Assembly (NCBI GenBank): GCA_001949185.1
Contig: BDGG01000005.1
Coordinates: forward strand, 2,469,249 to 2,533,248
Origin: Ramazzottius varieornatus
Taxonomy: Eukaryota > Animalia > Tardigrada
Direction of reading: 5' to 3'
Length of the DNA: 64,000 bases
Part shown: piece after piece, positions 29,501 to 42,824 of the stretch
How positions within the stretch are numbered: the stretch's first letter is position 1
Layout of the letters: every line of letters starts with the position of its first letter
Program-made: the position numbers and the translations under genes
The notes under the pieces: generated by a model
Seen by the model: the letters and a program-made list of their open reading frames with translations, nothing else
Told to the model about the DNA's origin: nothing
Databases searched by the model: none

Positions 29501-31101
29501 CCGCCAAATGAGAGCGGGAACCTATGTTCCTTCTCCTGCCGAACTCGAGCTGGACACCGTGCCTCCTGACATAGCCACACTGATGATGTCATGCTGGGCT
29601 ATCAATACGGCGGAACGACCAGACTTGAACCAGATTTTTGAGACCTTGACGAAAGTCTACCCACAACGATCCGGCATGTCTTTCAGCGCCAGCATTGTCG
29701 ACCGACTGATGCATTACAGCAATGAACTGGAAGAGTAAATGCTTTGCAGCAAAGCGTTGGGCTTTACTTTAGTTGACCCAGGATTGCATCTGGAATGTGC
29801 GTTGGTCTTTGCAGGAAGGTTCGGGAGCAAACAGACAGTCTGAGGGCTGAAGCAGACCGCGTGGACAACCTGTTGCGCGACCTCCTGCCATATGACATCG
29901 TCCGAAGACTGCGATGTGGAGAAACCATCCAGCTGGAACAATGCGACAGCGCTTCGGTGCTGTTCACGGATGTGCCGGTCTTCTCGGATATCGTGGGCAA
30001 GGTTACGCCCTTTCAGCTCTTCACTCTTCTCGAGCACATGTGCAGAATTCTAGACGTTGTGGTGGCCGGCTTTACCGTTTTCAAGGTTGAGACTATCCGC
30101 GACTCGTACATGGTAAGAAGGCAGTCATCCTTCTGTCACAAGTAGGGCTTTCCTACTATGCGTTTTATCCATTCGTATTTGCGGTTCTAGATTGTGGCTG
30201 GCGTCCCTGTCCATATCGGTGGCCGTCACGCCGTCGAAGTGGCCAACCTGGCGCTGGCTATGATCACGAGCGTGAGGTCCCTGCCTACAGTCCAAGCTTT
30301 CCATCTGGAAGAATGGATGAAATTGGAAGCTCGCGCTGGAATCCATTCAGGTTCCACTACATGCACCAGTGATCGTGGAGGCTGTTTTTCGTTCTGTTAT
30401 TCACCTTGCTGTCTTCCTCTACAGGACCGCTCATAGCTGGGATCGTGGGAACCAAGCTGCCCCATTATACAGTGTAATCTATTCTTGTTCCATCGAATTG
30501 TACTGTCGGAAAAACAGAATTTCACAAACTTCACTGCGCTTTAGGTTTGGCGATACAGTCAACACGGCCAGCAGAATGGAGACCACTGGCGAAGGTACGT
30601 GATAGGGAGTCCACGTGGCTTAACGTTATCATCGATGATGATCGATTTACCGATCACGAAAAACCCAGTATCGCATCACCTCTGTTTCAAACTTGCAGCT
30701 TCAAGGGTCCATATTTCCCAAGCCACCTTCGAGTTGTTGAAAGGGCGGACAGAATTCAAGCTTGAAGCCCGAGGACTCATCTCAGTCAAGGTAGATTTCA
30801 GCAGCCGCATGAGGGAGGCATGATCACCCATTGCAAAGCAGCTATGCTCGTCTTAGGGGAAAGGGGAGGTGGAAACCTTCTGGCTGGACGGTCGTTCTGC
30901 CAGTGATGGGCATAACATAGGTGTGTACCTGAACTATTGGAATCGAAACGTCGCCCCAAAGCTAATCTATTCCCTTGTTTCACAGACCTTGATTTAAACG
31001 AGCGGACTTTGGTACCGGGCGTGGACCCAAAACCAGCAACACGCCGTTTCACCAATGACATCAAGACCGGCACCCGCAGTTCCGCATACCTGTTACCGTG
31101 A
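26580..31101 (+). CDS. Receptor-type guanylyl cyclase (ANF ectodomain, TM, pseudokinase, coiled coil, cyclase)
   Basis: RFPTMLRM ectodomain motif; TM segment PTAVAFGILAGIAMLAATL; kinase-homology domain (GLRYIHSS...HGSLTS...LWMAPE...DAFSFGVLLYEM); IVDRLMHYSNELEE hinge; cyclase (VLFTD...KVETIRDSYM...GIHSGP...FGDTVNTASRMET...KGKGEVETFWL). The 5' end (signal peptide exon) and the last exon are uncertain. Confidence 0.88.
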
Positions 31102-31224
31102 TCCGGCACGAACGCGGCCAGAAGAGCTCTTCAGATCTTGCTGGTCTTGATGGTCTGATATGTCTCTATGGTCGATTGCGATATTTTAGTATAAACCTGG
31201 AACCAGAAAGTTGTCAAAGCTTTT

Positions 31225-31343
31225 GCGTGCGACCATACCACGTAGAATGCTCCCGATCCCGTTCGATCTCGGAAGATAAGCTACGTCGGGCCCGGTTAGT
31301 ACTTAGATGGGTGACCGCTTGGGAACACCGGGTGTTGCAGGCT
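31225..31343 (+). rRNA. 5S rRNA: 5S rRNA gene, copy 2
   Basis: Identical 119 nt to copy 1, followed by TCTTTTT; TATAAA about 35 nt upstream. Confidence 0.97.
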
Positions 31344-31958
31344 TCTTTTTGTGTTTTGCTTGCTTGTAGTTCCCAGCCTTATACAATCCACCTGAACGAT
31401 ACTCGATTCGCACAGTGGTTAAATTTGCATACTCAGTGCCGTGAACTAGTTTACCGGTGTGTGGTGATGCAGTGAGCGCATCGGTAATCTCGGTAATAAC
31501 AGAGCGGCGGGATATTTGCAAGGATAAGCGGGACTGGCTGTTTGATCTGTTATAAAGCAGGCCGATAGTAGCTTATATTGAGCATATGGATGCCATGAAA
31601 TCATCGCAATGTGGTCACCGTCATGACATCTTTAGCATGGAGGCACGTTCATTCTGAATGGCCTTGCCGAGGCGCCAAGTTATGGATGCGCAAGACCACT
31701 GTGAACAGCCACTTAATTCTGCCCGTGTCTGGTTTTGGAAGTCAATCGGTACAAACAAGTGAAGACGAGAACGCGTGAGAGCACCTAATAGGGGAAGCGG
31801 CAATGACCGACATGAATAACAGTTATTCAATGCTGCAAGACAGGAATGACCGGTCCAACGATTTCACCACTAACCGGAAGCGGCGACTACAACTGGGAGC
31901 AACAGGCTTCGCTACGCAGTTGCGACTCTTACAGAACTCTGAGCTATCGTCACGTGCA

Positions 31959-32148
31959 CACGTACGATGGAAAATAATGGGACAGTAAAAATTACGGGAC
32001 AGGCGGAAAGAACGGCGAAGTGGAAATTCGGCCGTAGAAAAGTGTCGAAAAGCACATTAGTAAGAAACGGTCGCGTACGTGCGTGCTTCCGTACCGCCGT
32101 AGCGATATGGCCTGTCCCATAATTTCGTATAATTTTTCATCGTACGTG
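31959..32148 (+). mobile_element. MITE, same family as 14458-14630
   Basis: TIRs CACGTACGATG...CATCGTACGTG followed by TA; interior homologous to the 14.5-kb copy in opposite orientation. Confidence 0.8.
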
Positions 32149-35100
32149 TACCCGTTAATGTCCTCCTGAAAAAAATCGTAGAAAAATGACTACGCGCATC
32201 ACACCTCGTCCAGCCTTTCATCGTGGCTGTTCTTAAAAATAAATCTGGGGAGTTGTGTGGAGACCTCATCGTGCTTACTTGACCAATTGTTGGTTTCGAA
32301 CAAGCAGCCTAACGCGTCAAACACTTTCCGGACCGCGTTGCTACCGTAGTACAAAGGGCGCATCGATGCATAACCGCTATTGTTCTCTTTATGATCTAGA
32401 CTTTGAAAACAGAGGTGACTTTGATAGTGTTGCTCATGCGGAAAGATATTCGTCATGCAGATTATTCAACCCGATGACTCTGCAGGTCTCCACAGGCGCG
32501 CCAGACAGGTGTGCGTGCAGCGACCCAGCTGTGCTGAAAGTCTACATGACTCCTCTTCCGCGGGTGTTGGTGCAGGTCTCCGGATCCGGAAACTGTCGGA
32601 TCTAGTTTCACAGAACGGAATTGTTTTCGGTTCGTTCGTTCCAGCTTTCTGTTTTTGTTTCAGACGCTATGGAATATTCCGTGACCAGTTGATTACAATA
32701 AGCGTCAACCTGTCAATCGATATAGCGTTCGTCATAATTTGGCTAGAATCCAGTCTGCATAGTTCGTAGCTGGGCGATAATTGCCGTTTATCAAAGTTCC
32801 AACCTTCTGTCGACATATGGCCAGAAATCTTCTCGGACGATACACCGGTAATACGGTTCGTAGTCTCGAAATGGAGGTATGGCCGTCTGCCAGGAGTCCC
32901 AGGACGTATCAGAAGAACGTGCTGATTACGCCATTGAGTACATTCGATTAGGTGTAGATGTACGTACATACATGTCCTATATGACGCCATATTGCGTCTG
33001 TATGAACCAGTTTAGAGTGCAGGGAATATAAAGCTGCGATCAATGGAATATGTGGCTGCATAACATCACAGCTGGTTGCCGTAGCTCGAACACCACGAGC
33101 CACAACACGCTATAAGACGACGGCAACGGGCTAATTCCTTGTCAGTCAGTCATGTAAGATCTCGCGGACGGCCATGTTGTGGCCTGCCCGGCTCTGCTCT
33201 CCTTGCTCCTGTCTTCGTCCGGCTGATGTTCTTCCTCATACCTATCCTCGTGTTTCTTCGGTGATTGTACCGTTCGTTTCTGGGTTCCGCCATGGATGGA
33301 TCATTCGGCATCGCCACGGAGAAGATGATCGATGGTACCGCGTGTTGGCAGCTTTGTCGACAACACGTGGAACGATCGCCATGGCCTACCATATGGCGCA
33401 CCACACCGGAGAACCGATCCAAGGTATGCCAGTTTGCTCAATTTTCCGCCATGGCTTCCGAAAGAGAGCCAACAAAAGGCTTCTTTTAATTTCCCATTCG
33501 ATCCACACCGTAGAAAAGTACCGTCAGAGGAGACAGTCTAGAACGAGTAAACCTAGCGGAATTCCTTATATGTAGACAATATCAGTTCACATGTGTTTTT
33601 TTCCTGTGTATTGTTGGATGGAAGCGTATGCGGACGTTCCATCAAATCGTTTAGAAGTCGATCTTGTCGAAGTCGGAACCTGTTGGTCAAATGGTGGGAA
33701 AAGCAGTGGGTCCAAGAGTGGGTCAATGAACTGACCAAGTCCGAAGATTGATTTTGTCAAAACAGACCGATATATGACAGCGCTACAGGCGATCGACATG
33801 CTTCTTGTGCAATATGAAAGCATGTATGAAACTTGAAGGGCAGACAGGGAAAGTGCTTTTCGGGGCAAATGACCGCTTTCCATGCTCTGTTCCGCCGGAC
33901 AGGGCATCGTAAACCCTGCTCCGATGCACACAAGAACATTGCATTACATTAGAGGATTCGAATAAGTTTTATACTCTACTGGGTATCTCGCTCAGAGCTT
34001 GTACGGATTAAGTGACTGAAAAAAAACTGTAGAAAAACACACGTTATGCTCTCGTCGGCGGTTTTGCTCAATGGTTGTAATGGATAAAGAATGAATTTCT
34101 CGGTTCGCCTTTAGAGTAATGAATCGAAACGAGGATACTTTCGTGTAGTTCAACGATGGAAAAGTCTAAACTTTTCGGCTAAGCCAAACGATAGGGAAAC
34201 GGACCAACAATATTCTTTTTACAATTATGTTGTTGTTGAAATCGCGGAAGGTTAGGAAAAAGCCGGTGAAGCAGCTTCCGTCTCCAGATGACACTGGAGC
34301 CATGGTTAAGCTGAAAAACATGTTTTGACCAGAGTGGCAATTTTTGCGATGGCTTTTAAGTGCTTATGGGCTGCTTGGCTGCCTGAGAGAGTCATCGTGG
34401 GTTTTAAGTTGAACGCGGCGTGGCGGGAGACGTGATGAAACACCGAGATAATCTGCCGAGAAAATCTTCAAGGTAGACTTGACAAAATATACGCATGATG
34501 GGCCATGTCGTACGCCCGAAATATCGAAGAACAATACTGCGCGAAGTAAACCGGAACAGTAGATGAGTTTTGATATTGGTCACTTAAGTATACGCCCAAT
34601 CCGCCACATGAAAAAATCGTAGAAAAAGGCTCAGATCGTTCTCGTTCTCCGCTCACGCCGTTTATGAAAACAGAACACGGCTAAATATACCTAACCCTAG
34701 TGCCCGCCTGAGCGTGAAATTACGCATCTCGGAGGACTTTCTGTAGTGCGAATGATTTTTAGTATTTTTATAAAAAAGAGTGGTGAGATTAGGTGGCATG
34801 TTTCACGTGAGTTGCGCATGCAGCATATCGAGCGTTCTACCCATTGTGGGTAGAAGGACAAAGCATGGAGAAGAGGATAAAAAAGAAGAGTAGTTTCCGG
34901 TGGCGGTTGAATAGCAGCCGGACGGTAAATGCTTCGAGCTTGATTGCATGCGAAAGAAGAGTGGCTTGCTTTTCAAGGTCGACGTTGTCAGCAAAGAACA
35001 GCTTGATGGTGACAAGACTTCAAAGAAAGGGTCGTGTCGGCACTTTTTTGCTCTTTCATTTGTGAAAAGCTTATTTGGCAAACAACCGACGCTTCAGCAC

Positions 35101-36923
35101 TTTCCTCATCGCACAAAGCAAATAAGCTGCGCTTTTTTCCTCTGAAAAGAGGAACTTTAAATTCCGATGTTTGTGCTCCAGGTCTGTGCTTGCGCCACCC
35201 TGTTTGCTCGTGGCAGGCCCTGATCGATTACCATATTTCCGTCGACGTCAGCCGTACATAGAAATAACTGCATGCTCTCATCTCAGCAGTTCAAAGCTCC
35301 CACTCTCATAACATCCTTCAGACGTATTACCAGGAAGTTAGGAAAGCCAAAACTGCATTAACTTCTAGTTTTGACAAACCTTTGAAATTGGAAGTGCGGA
35401 ACATAAAGTCAACAGAATCTCTATGAATACATCCACAGAACGGAAGCCACTCGCAAAAGAAACGCATACCGCACTCCGTGTAACCGCCAGATCGATAAGA
35501 AAAAACCCGGCGAACGGATATAATTGAGTTAAATTCTGAGAGTAGCGAAAACTTTGCTTTCAAAATACTCTATTGTATTTTTATTATTTCAGCTCAGAGT
35601 CGGACATACTAAACCAACAGCCACGGCCTACGTACTCCAACCGTTCTCTACAAAAGATCGTTCCTTTCTTTCCGCATCCTCCAGTTGACTAACCCAACCA
35701 TTAGTTACTCCTTCATCAACCCTAAGCCGAAGCCGACGAAGACGGGAGCAAGCAGGAAGCGTTGCTCAAAATCTCTGACCTCGGGACGGTCTCTTTCGGT
35801 CCGACGGTAAACAAGGACCTGGGGGCCGATCCTCCACGCCTTTCTTTCTCGCTTCTCCATCTCCATCTCCATACTCCTTCCTAACTAACCTCTCTTCACA
35901 TCCATTTTGCACCACTGCACCTGTATTAATTCACGCACGCGTTTTCGCCTCCCTCTGCAAACACATCATATTCCTCCGATAATCACCTCTTCCAACATGT
36001 CACATGCCTGTACCTACTCCGTATCTAATCAAGACAACGGCGCCAATGTTCCACAATAGCGTCTCTTCGGAGCACTGTTTGGTCAACTGCGGCGATGAAA
36101 TGCGCAACCCGGTTCAATGTACAAAGACTTGTCTGCAGTCTTTTGTCCATTCATTTATCTAAATATTCATCTAGCGTGATTATTTATTCTATCTTCGGTT
36201 TTCATTGCGTAACTATCACTGAATGACAGACATTTTAGGCTCGTTTCATCACTCTCTACGTCAATCACTTTTCCTTGTTTCGGGGTTTTCTCTCACAATA
36301 CCGGCTAAATGATGCATTTCGACATGAGAAAGATGATTTTTTCCCTCGTTTTTATTGTTCGTCACACGTCAGTGATCTAAAGCCGTTTTCTTCAGTTGAT
36401 CAAATTTGGAGCTGCCCATTTTACCCTATCCGTTATCGATGTAATTACTCGACCTTAATTCCACCGCGTCATCATCGATGTGACACATACATACATTGTT
36501 TATTCATACGCTAGCCCTTGTTTGTCCAGTGCGCGAATAAATGAAGCTGCCGATAAGAACCGTGCTCTGTAGACGACTTGCTTGCGTTACATATTCGATT
36601 GTCTCAAATAATTGCCATTTCCCTCACGACACTGTTTGCCGTATCAAATTTCAAATGAGCCTGGTTCGAGCTTTCCGTCAATATATAGAACACCGTGTTA
36701 AGGCTAATAAAAGCTACACCTCGCAAGCCGGAAATAGCCCACTGTTTATTTTTCCAGTGGAAGCTCAAGGAAACAGCCCGTTGTGCAAACCAGCTGTTGT
36801 CCCCATCCCGAACAAGCTCCCCTATATTAAACACGCCTTTCCTCAACAGCACATAATTGTGCACTTACTTTGTTCTGTGGTGCCACCGAAGACCGCAGTA
36901 AATCTCGGAACGATCGTTACCTC

Positions 36924-36969
36924 AAGTGGCGCACGTTTTCAGCCGATAACATAGAAAATTCCGCCACTC
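36924..36969. repeat. Family A inverted-motif pair (the only non-intronic copy seen)
   Basis: AAGTGGCGCACGTTTTCAGCC...TCCGCCACTC, 46 nt, about 320 bp past the ACMSD stop. Confidence 0.75.
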
Positions 36970-37287
36970 AGGATACCGATTGTCTCGAGATTGTTTGCCG
37001 CCTCCCATACAGTAACGGAAGTTCCGTGGTAAAGAGGTGCAAGTTCGAAAGTGATATTTCTACTCCACTATACTAGAACAGGAAATGTTTCGAGGTATAC
37101 ATAAATACGGAAGAAAGGCAGAAATGCAAGGATCAACATTGAGCAAAGGGGTTCAAGGAACTGCGAACGCGCGCGCGCGCATGTTGTCGGCAGTTTTTCC
37201 GGAACCATCGTGGTGCAACCGCTGTCGAGGTCCTTTAAAACACTCCCACAACACCAAATCAGCTGAAGTTTCTCGAGGGAGTATCGA

Positions 37288-39103
37288 TCAGCCGAGGAGA
37301 GCGATGTACTTGAGTAGATTAGACCCAGCTGAGCTACTGTTGATGACACTCTTTACGGGTTCCGTCAATGAGAGGAACTCCAGTGCGTTCGTGCATAGCA
37401 GCTTAGCCTGAAAGGAGTCAAAAGTTACGGCATTCAAAGGGAAGAAAAAGTCAATTTGAGTCAGCTGACGCCGGCTTTCGGGAAGGAAGGGGGCACTTTC
37501 CATTATGCAAGGAGTAAAGATAAGCCGGGACAGAGTACTTACTTTGATGCCGGCGTCGAGGTCGCTGTCGGCAATGAGCTTTCCAGGATGATCTTCACCC
37601 AGCGGAAAGGGATAATCACTACCCAGAACCACTCGTTCAGGGCCTAGTTTTTCAACCAGGAACTTCAGAGCAGGACCGTCGTGGACTAACGAGTCGGCCC
37701 AGATACGGCCGGTGAAGTCTTTGGGAGGTGTGGAGCACGAGGTGGCGCAGAGATCGGGTCGACAGTCGAAGCCGTGTTGTAACCGGCCACAGGTGTAGGG
37801 ATATGTCCCAGCGCCATGGGCGAAGCAAACCTGCGACGAGTTAAAATAGTTCGATTGAGTGTTTGTGGCGAAGTCGAATGTCGGGAAAACCTTCAGTTTC
37901 GGAAACTCCTCCAAGACTCCTCCAAATATCATTGAAGCAATCGCCATGGTCGTTTCTGTCGGCATGCCTGCAAAGCAAAGTTTGCTGCAGTCTTCATTCC
38001 CGAATTTAACCGCGGTGTCTAGAGAAGTTATAAGAAACCGAGGACAACAGAGAGCTCACAGTGGCGCCCCACCTGAATTTGGAGAAAGCGCTTCCGCGGC
38101 TAGAGGGCGCCACTGACATCCGGAGCAACAGGTTAGCACAGACAAGAGAAGGAAAACCTGCTACTTAAGCCGATGCAGAATCGTTATCGTACCTGAAGAA
38201 ACAATTCAGGCAATAACTCACCGATAAGCCAGGGGAACCAGAATTTTTTCATGCGGGCCGAGTTGTCCATATCCCAGGGATGAATGAAAATGGAGCAATT
38301 AACTTCCTCTGCTGCCTAAGGAGAAACCATCAAAACTATCGTTGTCCCTGCATACTGTATCCAATGAACTTAGCCAGCTCATATGGCCGAACCGCTGAAA
38401 AACAATGCAGGTGAAAGACTTACGGCGAAGAATGGTCGAAACTCGGCAGCATCAAGATTCCAATCTCCCATATGCGAGCCAATCTGCACTCCAGGGAACT
38501 TTAGCTCTTGGACGCATCTCTTCATTTCTCCAATGGCAAGATCCGGGGCTTGTAATGGCACTGTCCCCAAACCAATAAAACGAGAAGGATGCTGTGTGAC
38601 AGTATTGGCGATGTCATCGTTCAGAAACTTCGACAAATCCAACGCGTCTTCCGGTTTGGCCTGTGGGAAACATCCTTAACCGTGATTGACGCCCGGTTCA
38701 TCAAGCGAACGGACAGTACCGCATACGAATTTGCACAAGTGGTTAAAAGTTAATCTTACCCAGTAGCTGAACATAACAGGGACCGTCGAAAGAACTTGAA
38801 CGTCCACTCCATAACGATCCATGTCCTGCAGACGCGCAGAAGCATCCCAGCAGTTTGGTTCGACCTTGCGGAAGAACTTGTCGTCTTGATACATGGATGC
38901 AGCCTCGATGGTGCCATCTTCACTTCGATGGTAATCCAGCCGGATCCAACCCCCATAACCGTATCTCTGGAGAACAGCATAGGTAAAGACCAGCCAAACA
39001 AAACGTGTCCACTCACCTCTTTCAGGTCCGGTAATGCAGAAGGAAGAATATGGGTGTGTAAGTCTACTTTTCTGCAGGGTTTGAGAGCTTCCGTCGAGGC
39101 CAT
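37288..39103 (-). CDS. ACMSD: 2-amino-3-carboxymuconate-6-semialdehyde decarboxylase
   Basis: [87 protein letters not shown]; 7 exons. Confidence 0.96.
38059..38115. repeat. Intronic 11-bp perfect inverted repeat CAGTGGCGCCC...GGGCGCCACTG
   Basis: In the longest ACMSD intron; shares the AGTGGCGC core with family A. Confidence 0.65.
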
Positions 39104-40406
39104 TGTGACGGGGCAAAAACAGGGGAATGGCAAAGATGGAAGCTGCCTGTGCTTTCAGGTAGACCAAATAAACTCAGCTGGCAATCAGCTGTTTAATGAC
39201 CAGCTTTCTTATCAAAACCAGTGTGTTACATCTGCGACAGGCCTTACACATGGCCTTAGGTCGCTGATGACATCGCACCACCTTATGGCTCACTGAACTC
39301 TCGGCCCATACTGTACATATCGTCTACTGTACTGCGCGACGAAATCACCGGCAAAATCGTACCCACAATAAAGGGTTATACATATTCACAGCAAGTTGAA
39401 AGAGTTTTGACTGCCTTCAGGTGCACTAGGTTTAAGGTTCAATATGTTTTAAGGCACAAACCACCAGAAAATGCTGTTTTCCAGAATACGCTTTTAAAAG
39501 GTAGACCATCTCTTCTTACCGCTATTTTCAAAAGATGAGGTAGCTGGTACTCACAAAGAAGGAGAAATAATTTTTCGCAGAGATGAAAAAATTGTTTTGC
39601 GATTTCCCTCATAAACTCACCAGTACGGAGTGAAAGCGAACCTTGATCGGAAACAGGAACTCGGTGAAGAAAACAGAAATGTTTTCAAAATCCAGATGGT
39701 GATCCGGTATCGCACCAGATGGAGTAACCCCGTTTCACTTGCGCACTCATGCTTTGCAGGAAGTAAAACTTCTTTCCCGAGTCTTGACAGCAGTCCGGCT
39801 TAACTTCCTTCTGCTCAAAGTAGGCACTAAACATGCCTCGTTTATCTGGTGCTGTAGTCAAACTCAAACGTACAATGGGGAAGAAACTACATGAGTTTGT
39901 CGAGAACGTGGAGCCCTGAAAAAAAAACCTCCCTTCATATACCTTAGAACTGTTTTTCAACGAATGACTCAGAACCTAGGCTTCTCAGCAACGGTAGAGA
40001 CAAGAGTTTTGCGGATCGAGTGTTGCGGATGTAGTGTAGGAATACTGCTAGGCTTGGACATTGCGGGACACCGCCGATTACTTCATGTCAAACGACGCAA
40101 TAAGAGTCTGACCGAGCCGTTTTCGGTTAATTTTTGATCTCAACGAGATGCTCGAAGATACTCGTATTTCTGATGTTTTTGCATGAATACTTGCGGGAAA
40201 AAAGCTGATTCTTTCTAGAATTGTTTATGCATGACAGCGTGAGTTGATATGACCAGCATCCAGCTCAACAATCAAAAACGTAATGGCGCTGTACGAAAGA
40301 CAGACCGAAAGGCAGACAGCAACAAGTCGTTCAAACGGAGCCAAGATCGTTTCTCATGGAGCATTACTCCCGGATTAATACCTCCTGGATCTAATACTGT
40401 CATGCT

Positions 40407-42307
40407 TCAGAACTGCTGTACAGCTAAACCATCCTTCTTGCTGGCTCCGTGTTTACAGACGGCTTTCCCTCGAATAGCCACTTTCGTAATGGCATACCAA
40501 GCTGTAGCCCAACAGCACCAGTGGTGAGGTCAACCAATGCAGGAAGTTCCGTAGAAAATGGATATGCTCTTTTGGTTTCATATCAACAGGTTCGTTCCCA
40601 GCCGATCCAAGACGAAGGCCCACAGATACACCAAGTACGATACGAACAGACCGACCATCTGCAAAATGGCGTAGGACTCCTGGATAAAATAGTCAGTGGG
40701 TTCACAGACCCCCGTTTGGTTAAAAATGACCGCCGCTATCAAATTAGTTACGTTATACAGCGACATTCCGCAGATGATGAATCCGTAGTAGTGTGTAAAA
40801 CGGACACCGTAGGAGAGACCGGAAAAGTGGTCAAAGCTCGACCACTTTATGCAGAAGTAGTGGAAGACTTCAGCGGCCCCGATTGTCCATCTTCTAGCTT
40901 GTCGAGCCCACTCGATTGAGTTTTTGCTTGTTCGTTACCCCGCAAGTTGGACCAGAGATAACTGGGTAGGGAATGAGTTTGATCCGCACACGTTTATGGA
41001 CAGCCATCATTCTGCGTAACGTGCAGATGATGTCTTCCATCTGATACGCGGGATGGACGAAGAAATCGCAGTTCTGCAGCAGGTGTAGGCTGGAGCTAAA
41101 GACCGACATAGTGTTGATGTCTTGCGGTATGAGAATACCCATCATAAAGAAGGCTCGTAAAATGCCGGTGACGCGCAGGAAGAAAGGCCGCTCATCAAGG
41201 TTGTAGTTACAGAACAATGGAGCCTGGCACACAACCTCATGGCGGTTCTCCCTTCGCAGAAAATCATACCCCAAGTACTCGAAGTACTTTGGTGGAAAGA
41301 TATTATCGCTGTCACCGCTTGTCGCAGTACAGTAGCGCAAGTCATGGATGCCCATTTCAATCATGCATCTGTGCCACACCTTGTCGAGCTCCGTACTTGG
41401 AGTTGCTGCTCTTACCGGGCAGTTCGGCGGGAACACCGAAGGGATGAACGGTGACCATCAGATGAAGGAACACACCGGCGTACCGGTTTATGAGATTCTG
41501 GGTCTTGGCTGTCACGTCCGGAGGTTTTTCTTCCAGAGCGACCACGAAAAAGAGGTGCTTTGCCACGGTCTGCTGTTTTAGAGAATCCAGACTTGCCACC
41601 AAAACTTCCAGGGGCTCTTTGCAGGCACACATCACGATCATGTGGACCAGCGGAGAACTTCCGTCCTACAATGGAGTTGTTCTTGTAAAGTTCGCCGAAC
41701 AAACGCTGGCAAGCAAAAGGTTCTGTCAGAGCAGTTAGCCGTACGCTAGACTCAACATTGAGTTTCCAGTTGAAAGACTTAACAAGGCTGCCCCATCTTG
41801 TGGCTGGTACAGCTGAAACCATGTTTTCTTTCGAGCCCGGTAACACTTTCGCATGATGAGGGAAGCTCTGAGGCTGCAGATGATCAGGGCCGTAGAAAAC
41901 CAGGTAGTTACATTGCACGAGGCAATGTAACCACCCGAACAAGTCAGGGGATACAACCACAAAGGAAGCGGGACGAAGAACACACAAAAGAAGGCAAACC
42001 ACAGAAGATTCCACCTTAGGAACTTGTTTGAGGTTTCAAGCTTCTCCGCGGCCAGCAGAGACTGAACGGATGCGCAAGAGGATGGATGGTTGTTTTTGTA
42101 GAAGGCTAAACCCGTCGATTTCCTGGTCGACTGCTCAGGCCCGACACCACTGAAAGAGATGAACGTCTTGTTGAGCCCAACCTCCGGTTTTTCCCAAACG
42201 GTAGGCAGTGGCTCACCTTCGGCATGGTACTGCAGAGCTTTCTCGTCAACCAGCAAAGCTGCTGGTGCTGCTGTAGAGGCCAAAGCAGATTCCGACTGTT
42301 TACACAT
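40407..42307 (-). pseudogene. Processive-type GT2 membrane glycosyltransferase, disrupted by several frameshifts
   Basis: Fragments in different frames join into N-terminal TMs, CKEPLEVL, HPFGVPAELPGKSSN, GDSDNIF (DxD), QMEDII, EWARQARRWTIGAAE (QxxRW) and C-terminal TMs. Frame changes near 41362, 40915, 40580 and 40495; three in-frame stops (or an unresolved intron) at about 41665-41737. Confidence 0.8.
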
Positions 42308-42824
42308 TCTGTGTTCCAGTAGGCAAGATTGGATATCAAGTAAACAGTACTGCAGAAACGGCGAAGCTGGTTTCATTCTCCAGCTGCTGACCAATTAGTA
42401 ACACCCAACTATTTGAAGAGGAAACAATTTTCGGAGGTTTTATTATGAATAATTGCATCATCACCTTAAAGTGACGTGGTCAAATGGTATATTAGTTTTC
42501 GAGATTACACACCGAGTGATATGCAGAGCAGAAAACGTGAAAGTTTACCGAAGAACAATAAGACCATTCAGCATAAATAACACAAGACGTCAAGTATGAC
42601 TTTGCGGTTCTCGGCAGCGGATTCCCAAAGGTGTGTTGTAAAGCTGGCCAAGACGCTGAAACATGGACATTGGACAAATTTCGATGAGACAACTGTACTG
42701 GACGGCCCTACACCTTTTAGCGAAACCATTTGACCCTTAAACCTTTTGGCCAGTTCGTCTTTTGAAACCAAGCTGTTCAGTACGCACTGGCAAAAGTACG
42801 ATATACCGATATCATATTGAAATA

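Noticed and set aside
40407-42394. GT2 region as bacterial contamination or programmed frameshifting
   Set aside because: It is contiguous with intron-containing animal genes and host MITEs. The several shifts lack slippery sites, so simple decay is more parsimonious.
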